Source: Planctomycetota bacterium (lineage in GTDB: Bacteria; Planctomycetota; B15-G4; SIAN01). Taken from it: DNA of 64,000 nucleotides. The stretch is from positions 236,307 to 300,306 of the forward strand of contig JANNXA010000022.1 in the NCBI GenBank assembly GCA_031409275.1, given 5' to 3'. The notes beneath the pieces are model-generated. The model was given only the letters and a program-made list of their open reading frames with translations, did no database searches and was not told where the DNA came from. Position numbers and translations under genes: made by a program. Positions 57,117 to 64,000 of this stretch are shown here, piece after piece. How positions within the stretch are numbered: the first letter of the stretch is position 1; each line of letters opens with the position of its first letter.

Positions 57117-59147
57117 TCAGCGCGGCTTTGCAGGCGGTGTGCGATAGGGCAAGGAGCGGGCGTACAGGAGACGACGCGCCTCGATGGCGTTGGCGAGCGG
57201 CGCGTCGCCGCTCTTCCTCGCCATCGCCACCGCGCGCTCGGCCGTGGTCACCGCCGCGGTGAAGCGCCGGCACTCTGCCTGCGCAGCCGCGAGCACGTCG
57301 AGTTCGCGTGCGGCATCGGGCGCGGCAGCGACGAGGGCGCGCGCGATCTCCAGCGCCTTCACTCCATCACGGGCGCCATCGATCGGAGAGGTGCACAGCA
57401 GCCAGGCGAACAGGTGACGCAGGTCACTCACGGACGGATCGATCGCGAGCGCGGCTTCGTAGTGGCTCGCCGCCGCTTGATCGTCGCCGTCGTCGTCGAG
57501 CAGGAGCGCGTAGCTGGCGCGCGCGGAGAAGAGTCGCGGCCGTGCCGCGACGGCTCTCGCGTACCAGTCGAGTGCGAGGGCGCGGTCGCCAGACGCCAGC
57601 GAGAGGCGGCCGAGCTCCACCATCGCCGCGGCCTGATCCGGTTCGAGCTCGACGACACGTTCGAACTGCTTGCGCGCCCCCGCGGTGTCGTGGTCGTGCA
57701 CGAGCAGCGCGCCAAGCTTCATGCGCGCACGCACGTGCTCGGGAGCGGTCGCGACCGAACGCTCGATCTCTCGGCGAGCAGCGGCCAGATCACCCTGCTG
57801 CAGCAGCGCGAGGCCGAGGTGGAGCCGCGCCTCCGGGTCCTCGGGCGCGATCTGGAGCCGAAGCTCGAAGCCGGCGCGCAGCAGCGCGAGGTCCTTCTTG
57901 AGGTACTCGCGCTGGAGCGCTTCGAAGTCGGCGCGGCCCGACGGGATCACCTGGATCCAGACGTCGCACATCTCTTCGAGCGAGCGCGGGCCGAAGCGCA
58001 CGCGAGCTGGCGGATGGCTCGGGTTGCGAGGGTTGTCGGAGGAGTTGTCGTAGATCCACCGCACGTCGAGCGTCGTTCCGGAGGGCAACTCGAGCGGCCG
58101 TTCGAAGCGGTACTCGTCCTGCCAGGAGAAGTCCCAATCGCGGATCTCGACGAGCGTGCGTGAGGATGCGCCCGGGAGCGTCGCCCCTACCCGGACGCTG
58201 CGGCCGAGGAAGTGGGCGTGGGGCACGAGGGCGTGCAGCTCCACCGGCACCGGCAGCGTGAAGCGATCGGTGATCTCGTACGCGCGCTCGCCGGCGGGAA
58301 TGTCGATCGCCTGGCTTCCCAACCGCAGCAGGAAGGGCAATCGGGTGATCGGAGTCTCGGTGAAGTAGAGGCCGATGCTCGCCTGCACCGGCTCCGGTTT
58401 TCCCGTGGGGAGCAGATGGAGCTGCACGACGAAGTCGGCGTCCGGCGGCAGGCGCCACGACATGCCGTCGGGCAGCAGTCGAGGGGTGCGCCCAGGAGTC
58501 CAGCCGAGGAACTGACCGTCCGGGCTCACCGCCTCTCCCGATTCCATCTCCGCGAACCCCGGCAGCGGATCGCGTGCATCGAGTCGTCGCGAACTGTCGG
58601 AAACGTCGAGCTTGATGACGGCGTGGTGGACCGGGCGAGCGTTTCCGGGGCGGAACTCGACGCCGCGCACATACTTCAGCGATGCGACCGGGATCGGGAT
58701 GACGAAGTTTCGGTAGAGGTCGACGCCGTCCGCGGGCACCTCGAATGGCTCCGCCATGGCGACGACGAGATCGGGTTCTCCGAGCTGCCAGCCGGGCGTG
58801 AACGCCGGCGGCGGCGGCGCGGCCGCAAGATCCCCGGCCGGCGCGCCCGCAGCGGCCCACCGCTCGATCAGCGCAATCTGTGGATCCGTAAGGCCCCGGG
58901 TACCGACGAACGGCGGATCGCTCGGCTGCGCCGACCACGGCGGCATGTAGCGGATCCGCGTGACGTGCGCGATCTGCTCGGCGTGAACGGCGGCGTCGGC
59001 GGCGGTCAGGAGCGAGAACGGCGCCACCTCTCCTGGTCGATGGCATGCGGCGCAGTGCTCGAACAGCAGCGGCGCCACATCGCGCGCCCACGTCGGGTCG
59101 TCGATGCCGAGCGGAATCGAGAGCAAGAAGGTGGCGAGGAGATGCAT
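57117..59147 (-). CDS. Cytochrome c + copper type II (PHM/DBM-like) monooxygenase + TPR protein
   Basis: CAACH heme site. Cu-ligand pattern VHHA, QLH, PHAH and EEMC, plus WDFSWQ and C-terminal TPRs. Confidence 0.82.
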   Translation of the reverse strand: MHLLATFLLSIPLGIDDPTWARDVAPLLFEHCAACHRPGEVAPFSLLTAADAAVHAEQIAHVTRIRYMPPWSAQPSDPPFVGTRGLTDPQIALIERWAAAGAPAGDLAAAPPPPAFTPGWQLGEPDLVVAMAEPFEVPADGVDLYRNFVIPIPVASLKYVRGVEFRPGNARPVHHAVIKLDVSDSSRRLDARDPLPGFAEMESGEAVSPDGQFLGWTPGRTPRLLPDGMSWRLPPDADFVVQLHLLPTGKPEPVQASIGLYFTETPITRLPFLLRLGSQAIDIPAGERAYEITDRFTLPVPVELHALVPHAHFLGRSVRVGATLPGASSRTLVEIRDWDFSWQDEYRFERPLELPSGTTLDVRWIYDNSSDNPRNPSHPPARVRFGPRSLEEMCDVWIQVIPSGRADFEALQREYLKKDLALLRAGFELRLQIAPEDPEARLHLGLALLQQGDLAAARREIERSVATAPEHVRARMKLGALLVHDHDTAGARKQFERVVELEPDQAAAMVELGRLSLASGDRALALDWYARAVAARPRLFSARASYALLLDDDGDDQAAASHYEAALAIDPSVSDLRHLFAWLLCTSPIDGARDGVKALEIARALVAAAPDAARELDVLAAAQAECRRFTAAVTTAERAVAMARKSGDAPLANAIEARRLLYARSLPYRTPPAKPR

Positions 59148-59525
59148 GCGGCGGCGATGTTACGCGACGCCCACCGGGACCGGGGCCTTGCCGAGGGCCT
59201 GTTCGTCGGCCGCGACCAGCGGTCCCTCCCCACTCGCAGGCAGCTCGCATTCGACCGCGTGCTCCAAGCCAGGTCTCCGCCGCGCCGTCTGCTTTGGAGA
59301 CTCCTGAAGCAGGAGGTGACGAATCGGGACGCGGACCGCAGCTTCTGCGTCTCCCGCCAGCGAAGGCGTGACCAAGGCCCAAGCGCGTCGTGCACACCGC
59401 TCAGACCGCACGATTCCATGCGGCGACCGCGGGAACCTCGAGACTCAACGGCGTCGCGAGCAGCGATTCGAGCGGCGAGACTCCGGCGCTTCGGTCAACC
59501 GCGTCATTGGGCGAAACTCCGGTCC

Positions 59526-59622
59526 GCCGAACGCCGCCATTGACGTGCGAAGGGGCCGGTCAGGCACCCCCAATTGCCAGCTTCGCAACGGCGACTACAT
59601 CACGTTCGCAGGATTGCTCGTC
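59526..59622 (-). repeat. attC-like repeat copy A (degenerate, array terminus)
   Basis: + strand gccgaac gccgccatt gacgtgcgaa...ccggtcaggcacc...gcaacggcgact...tcacgttc; aligns with copies B-F. Confidence 0.65.
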
Positions 59623-59668
59623 CGCATCTTTGACCCGTCCGCGCGGTTGCTGCGCGGACTCGGTCGCT

Positions 59669-60157
59669 TCACTTCGTTGGCTTCGGCACGTATTGGTCGA
59701 GCAAGATCGGGTTCCCGTCCGGGTCTGCGAGCATCGCGCTCGCGGGGCCAGTCGAAGACTCATCAGCCTCCGTCTTGAACGTCACGCCGCGACTCTTGAG
59801 TGTCTTCTGAATGTCTCGAATATCGTCGAACTCCGCCAATGCCTTGTCGTTGCGATCCCAGCCCGGGACGAACGTGAGCATGTTCTTGCTGAACATTCCC
59901 TGGAACAGGCCGAGCGTCGCGCTGTCGTTCTGGAGAATCAGCCACTTCTGGGACGCTTCTCCGCCAGCGACCTTGAAGCCGAGCTTCTCGTAGAACGCTT
60001 GCGACGCGGCAAGGTCTTTCACCGCCAAACTCACTGAGAACTTGCCAAGGCGAAGTGGCGGCTCACCAACGCCGTCGCCACCCACGGCACTGGTCCCCTG
60101 CCCCAGCAAGAATCCGCCGAAGCAGCTTGCGAGAAGCCCAACGCAGAGTCGTGTCAC
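59669..60157 (-). CDS. VOC/glyoxalase family protein (cassette)
   Basis: FSVSLAVKDLAASQAFYEKLGF and LADPDGNPILLDQ, with a hydrophobic N-terminal extension. Start uncertain. Confidence 0.88.
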   Translation of the reverse strand: MTRLCVGLLASCFGGFLLGQGTSAVGGDGVGEPPLRLGKFSVSLAVKDLAASQAFYEKLGFKVAGGEASQKWLILQNDSATLGLFQGMFSKNMLTFVPGWDRNDKALAEFDDIRDIQKTLKSRGVTFKTEADESSTGPASAMLADPDGNPILLDQYVPKPTK

Positions 60158-60221
60158 GAAAAGCTCCGGTGGAGGAATGGTGGCGCATCGCAAAGCGCAA
60201 GTCGATCAGCGGCCGGTGTCG

Positions 60222-60259
60222 AACGAACGTCGTCTGCGAGCGGCGAGGGCGTGTCCGAC
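60222..60259 (-). repeat. Internally deleted attC-like remnant
   Basis: aacgaac-gtcgtc...gggcgt-gtccgac: both ends of the 99-bp repeat are present with about 60 bp of the middle missing. Confidence 0.5.
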
Positions 60260-60327
60260 GCCCACCGAAGTCGGGATGTCGCGCGCGGAAAAGTCCTGGA
60301 GATCTCGCCCGATTCCGAGAGGCGGCG

Positions 60328-60666
60328 TCACCGCATGACGAACAACACGCCGACGCCAATACCGATGAGCGCCACCACGACTGACAAGACGAGCAGGACG
60401 CGGCGGCGACGATCAAGCTGGTACTTGCTCCAGCCATCGGCGTAGAGAAAGTGGCGGTTGTCCGCAGTCAAACGCACCGCGCCCCCGTCGATCAGACCTT
60501 GAAGACGTCTCCTTTCAATCGAACGGCTGAGGGTCAGCTGAATCGCGGATTCGGCAGTGACAGCTCCAGCGTCGGCCAGTTGTCGATGGATGTGCGCCTC
60601 GGCTCGCCGCATCGCCGCCACGACGAGCAGCGGAACAAGACTCGGAATGATCGCGGCAGCGCTCAT
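60328..60666 (-). CDS. Small membrane protein (cassette)
   Basis: GAGGAG RBS; hydrophobic N-terminus and C-terminal TM helix after RRRR. Confidence 0.7.
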   Translation of the reverse strand: MSAAAIIPSLVPLLVVAAMRRAEAHIHRQLADAGAVTAESAIQLTLSRSIERRRLQGLIDGGAVRLTADNRHFLYADGWSKYQLDRRRRVLLVLSVVVALIGIGVGVLFVMR

Positions 60667-60689
60667 CACCACGCTCCTCTGGGGAGTGC

Positions 60690-60788
60690 ATCGAACGTCG
60701 TCCATCCGCTGCAAGGGCCTTTGTCGACGAACGGACGACCATTGACCACCGTAACGGCGACCCTCTCGGGTGCAAGGGCGTATCCAAC
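60690..60788 (-). repeat. attC-like repeat copy B
   Basis: atcgaac gtcgtccat...ccaccgtaacggcgac...gggtgcaagggcgt atccaac; 99 bp. Confidence 0.7.
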
Positions 60789-61206
60789 GGCCCATCAGTC
60801 GCGGCTTGCGTGTCGAGTGCTTCACACGGCGACGCGGACCTGAACTGGCGCCCGACGACGTGCGCGCTACGTCGGCGCAAAGTCGGGCACTCCGCAAGTG
60901 AAGGCGGGCGGCTGAAGTTGACGCGACGGTCGAGCATCGCCTGCACGCTGCACTCGAGGACGGAAGAGGCGATGATTTCGACGACCAGCGGCGCCTTCAA
61001 CGAGTCGAATCGGTCCAGCGTCGTCAGCGCAGCGACGGTGCACGCTCAGAACGAGCCTGCGATCACCGATGGGAACGTCGGTGCACCAGCGCGACGAGAG
61101 CGAATCGCCAGGAGCACTTGAATCACTGTGACGTGCGCACCTGCTGACTCTTGCGGCCATGGCCGGTCGCCACTCCTCCGCGGCCGCCTCACCCTCTCGT
61201 CGATCG

Positions 61207-61305
61207 ACCTACCGTCGTCCTTCACCTGCCAAGGCACCGGTCAGGCACCGTTCAACAGTCGGCCACCGTATCGAAAGACTCGACAGCTGGACGGGCATGT
61301 CGGGC
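61207..61305 (-). repeat. attC-like repeat copy C
   Basis: acctacc gtcgtccttcacctgc...ccggtcaggcaccgttc...ccaccgta...cgggcat gtcgggc; 99 bp. Confidence 0.72.
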
Positions 61306-61315
61306 ATCACGACGT

Positions 61316-61786
61316 TCATTGAGCCTGCCAGATTCCCTGTTCGATTCCGCCGATGAAGTAGATGGCGATCCGCCCTCGCCCCGGAATGTCAGTCGGCTCC
61401 AGCGCGATCGTTGCGCCGAGTTGAGCCGCGTTCTTTGCCGCGGCATCGACATCTGTAACTCTGAAATAAGTCCGCACGACAGGCTGTTCATTTAGCCCGA
61501 TCGGCGCACGAATGCCGCACATGGCGCCGCCCGGCAGGTACGCGACACGTGCGTTTCCTAGTTCGGGAGCGATTGGCATGAATTTCCACCCGAAAGCGTC
61601 CGCATAGAACCGCGAAGCGGACTCGATGTCAGGCGTGACGATCTCAAGATAGTAGACGTCGTGTTCCGCGACTCGCGTGCGCACCGTACTCGCCTCCTGA
61701 TCAGACTTGGACATGGCAGAACAACCGCTGACGACCGAGCCAACACTGAGCGCGAGGACGATGAAAGCTGCGGTCGCCGTGGTCAT
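61316..61786 (-). CDS. VOC/glyoxalase family protein with lipoprotein signal (cassette)
   Basis: AGGAG RBS and lipobox VSGC, then YLEIVTPD...FYADAFGW, TYFRVTDVD and DIPGRGRIA. Confidence 0.88.
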   Translation of the reverse strand: MTTATAAFIVLALSVGSVVSGCSAMSKSDQEASTVRTRVAEHDVYYLEIVTPDIESASRFYADAFGWKFMPIAPELGNARVAYLPGGAMCGIRAPIGLNEQPVVRTYFRVTDVDAAAKNAAQLGATIALEPTDIPGRGRIAIYFIGGIEQGIWQAQ

Positions 61787-61834
61787 CTTGTCGATCTCCT
61801 AGCACTCAACGACGCACGGAAGCGACACCACCCT

Positions 61835-61933
61835 GCCTGAGGTCGTCCTTCAACTGCGAGGACGACGACGCGAGCGGAACGACCTGCGACCACCGTACCG
61901 GCGGACTCGTCAGGTGCAACGGGCATGTTCGAC
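61835..61933 (-). repeat. attC-like repeat copy D
   Basis: Minus strand GTCGAAC atgcccg TTGCACCTGACGAG ... CTCGCAGTTGAAGGACGAC CTCAGGC; 99 bp. Confidence 0.78.
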
Positions 61934-61947
61934 GTCGCAACTGCAGC

Positions 61948-62388
61948 CTAACGCTCAGAAAGAGAAAACAGGAACGCTGCGGCCGTTGCGCCAGCAACAG
62001 CGATCCCGACGGCGATCACCCCGCATGCTGACATGAATCCGAGTACCAACAAAACGGCAGTCGGAAAGTCGAGGCGTCTCCCTGAGCTTCTTAAAATTGC
62101 GCGGCTGAGCGCGAACGCCGTCAATCCGACGACGCCGACAGTCATGAAGATGGAGCTGGCGACTCGGTCAAGCGCCGACTCGTGAAGCACGACGCCCAGG
62201 CTGGCGAGCGGCAAGAGCGTAAGGGATGCGAACGCGACCGCCCGCAACGCGTCGCCCTGCGCCAGCGGTTCTCGGAGAATGAACCTCGCGCAGACGACGA
62301 GCAGGCGACTTGCGCCAACGAGCAGAGCCCACCCAAACGCGGCGAATCCCAGGAGTGTTGCCATGCCGAGCCGTTCGACGCTCGTCAA
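61948..62388 (-). CDS. Small multi-pass membrane protein (cassette)
   Basis: About four hydrophobic helices; lies between two repeats. Confidence 0.65.
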   Translation of the reverse strand: MTSVERLGMATLLGFAAFGWALLVGASRLLVVCARFILREPLAQGDALRAVAFASLTLLPLASLGVVLHESALDRVASSIFMTVGVVGLTAFALSRAILRSSGRRLDFPTAVLLVLGFMSACGVIAVGIAVAGATAAAFLFSLSER

Positions 62389-62494
62389 CGGTCAGACTTC
62401 CTGCCCGACCGACGGCGTGTCTGGTGCAGCACTCCGCGGGTGGACTGTCCGCCGTACGCGGCGCGATGAACCGTCAGGACGCCGTTTGGCGCAC

Positions 62495-62593
62495 GGCGAA
62501 CGTCGTCCTCCACCTGAAATCGTGCCGTTCAGGCACCGTTCGACCGCCGGCCGCCGCAACGCCGACTTCGTCTGGTGCAACGGCTTGTTCGAC
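62495..62593 (-). repeat. attC-like repeat copy E (both core boxes intact)
   Basis: Minus strand GTCGAAC aagccg TTGCACCAGACGAA ... TTTCAGGTGGAGGACGAC GTTCGCC; 99 bp. Confidence 0.82.
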
Positions 62594-62607
62594 CTCGACG
62601 GCGCTGG

Positions 62608-63246
62608 TCATGAGTTTTTGGCGAGCGACGTGAGCCAAAGTACCACTGCAAGCGGAGTTGAATACACCGTAGCCCAGATCAGGGCGAACACGACGGCTCG
62701 CCACACGTCGCGCCGGCATCGCCCGCTGGCGACTGCCGCAAGTGAGAGCATCCCATGAAGTTGTACGTAGATGACGAGCGCCACGATCGGGATCAGCAAC
62801 TCAACGACGAGCCATGCCAACCAGTATGCGGCAAGACCTGCGATCAGCACGATCGCGAGCATGCCTAGGAATTCAGTCACCGGACCGCAGCCAAGGTCGG
62901 GAATCCAGGCGATCCAATCAAACCCCTTCGCATTGGCGCCCGCCTTTGATCTTGATGACGGTGCTGGAGCTTGGGGATTGCGTTTGAACCAGAACTTAGG
63001 TCCATCCCATCGGACATCGTCTCGGACCGAGCCGCCTCGATAGAGAAGGCTGGCGACCGTGCAGAACCAGATCAGCCACCATGTTGCGGTGACGAACCAC
63101 CACTCAACTAGCGCTGGAAGCCGAAGGACGAGCAGTACGAGAGTGGTAGCGACCGCAAGTGACGCCGCCAACGTCACCACCAGGCGGCGACCTGAGTTTC
63201 TGACCCTTCGACCTGGCGTTGTCGTTGGCCGAGTTGGAATTGGCAT
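62608..63246 (-). CDS. Trp-rich membrane protein (cassette)
   Basis: Five hydrophobic segments. The ORF-track start lies beyond repeat F, so ATG 63246 was chosen. Confidence 0.7.
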   Translation of the reverse strand: MPIPTRPTTTPGRRVRNSGRRLVVTLAASLAVATTLVLLVLRLPALVEWWFVTATWWLIWFCTVASLLYRGGSVRDDVRWDGPKFWFKRNPQAPAPSSRSKAGANAKGFDWIAWIPDLGCGPVTEFLGMLAIVLIAGLAAYWLAWLVVELLIPIVALVIYVQLHGMLSLAAVASGRCRRDVWRAVVFALIWATVYSTPLAVVLWLTSLAKNS

Positions 63247-63270
63247 CGCTACCGCCGGTACCAGTTGTAA

Positions 63271-63369
63271 GCAAAACGTCGTCCTACAGCTTCGCAGGCC
63301 CCGGTCAGGCATCGTCCGGTCGCCCGCCACCGTAACGGCGACTTCGTCACGTTCAAGGGCGTCCCAGAC
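63271..63369 (-). repeat. attC-like repeat copy F
   Basis: gcaaaac gtcgtccta...ccggtcaggcatcgt...ccaccgtaacggcgacttcgtca...caagggcgt cccagac; 99 bp. Confidence 0.72.
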
Positions 63370-63861
63370 GTTGCACGTTGCACCTGAGAGGCAGTCCTCC
63401 ACTGCCAGTGGCGAACCGAGAACGGCCTCGCGCGTCCTGCTGCAACCTGCGCAGTACTTCCGCGAGGTCGGTGAGGCTCCGTTGGACTTGAGTGCGAGGC
63501 GGCTCCGCCCCCACGACCCTCAGCGCGGCGTGATACCACGACTCGATCTCGTCCGGGTCAGGTGGCAACAGAGCGATGAGCGCTTCGATGAAGCGAGAAA
63601 CGAGCGTTCGCTGCGGCGGCGGCCAAGTGGCGAACTTGTACGTTGCGAGTGCTTCGAGCAGGTGGCCCGGATACATGTCTTCTTCGACTTCGGGCGGAGC
63701 CATGACCTCGAGGATTCGAGGAAGGTAATGGCGAATCGCGTCAGCACTTCCCCAATGACTGGGTGTCTCCCAAAGCAGCTGTCTCGCAGAATCAGTCGGG
63801 AGTTCACGAAGTGGCGTGGACTTGTAGGCGGCGATCTCGTTGAGGGAGTAGCAGTACGTAC
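63353..63861 (-). pseudogene. Hypothetical cassette gene, 5'-truncated by IS insertion
   Basis: Protein-like sequence TYCYS...TPLRELP...RHYLPRILE starts immediately after the IS end. The ORF-track start at 63901 lies inside the IS. Confidence 0.6.
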
Positions 63862-64000
63862 CGATGGGTGTCAAGGTAGTTGTCGCCTCACTCACGTTCA
63901 CGCAGCCCCCGAGGCTGCGTGAGGTTCTTCAGGCGAGTTGAGGTACACGATCTCCTGCCGCGTCCAGTTGCGGAGCTTGCCGGACCAGCGCTCGGGATGA
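63862..64000 (-). mobile_element. IS3-family element, right end (transposase C-terminus 63898..>64000 plus terminal repeat)
   Basis: Minus frame HPERWSGKLRNWTRQEIVYLNSPEEPHAASGAA* matches a C-terminus I recognise from IS3-family transposases. It is followed by GGCGACAACTACCTTGACACCCATCG, an IS-end-like sequence. Confidence 0.75.

Noticed and set aside
59171..59207. ccaccg...ggcctt...agggcctgttcgtc resembling the right arm of the attC consensus (possible eighth copy)
   Set aside because: Short and gapped, with no matching left arm and no clear cassette ORF; may be chance.
59526..63369. The ~99-bp repeats as a CRISPR array
   Set aside because: Repeats are too long and divergent, the intervals are gene-sized and coding, and no cas genes are present.
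63363..63487. Possible extra attC-like hairpin beside copy F (cacctg...tgcaac, gttggac)
   Set aside because: The arms do not pair convincingly and the length does not fit the family.

Overview
Very GC-rich bacterial DNA. The gene content points to a Planctomycetota-type genome (inference from DUF1549/DUF1553 plus DUF1501, a PVC-type heme/dehydrogenase module, CRTAC1/ASPIC-UnbV, SBBP lipoproteins and orphan minor pilins). Positions 1-59.2 kb hold about 39 mostly exported or envelope proteins: multiheme cytochromes, peptidases, an RND pair, a minor-pilin operon, a VTC/CotH pair, a YtkA-like/di-heme peroxidase pair and a heme-Cu-monooxygenase-TPR protein. A 167-bp MITE with perfect 25-bp inverted ends lies at 50660-50826. 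The clearest unannotated structure is at 59.5-64 kb. Six ~99-bp imperfectly palindromic repeats and one internally deleted copy each sit just downstream of a short minus-strand cassette. They read as a homogeneous, mostly decayed attC family, i.e. the distal end of an integron cassette array. The rightmost visible cassette is cut by an IS3-family element running off the window, and no integrase is visible. All family calls come from motif recognition by eye, no searches were run, and many start codons were re-chosen from the ORF track.
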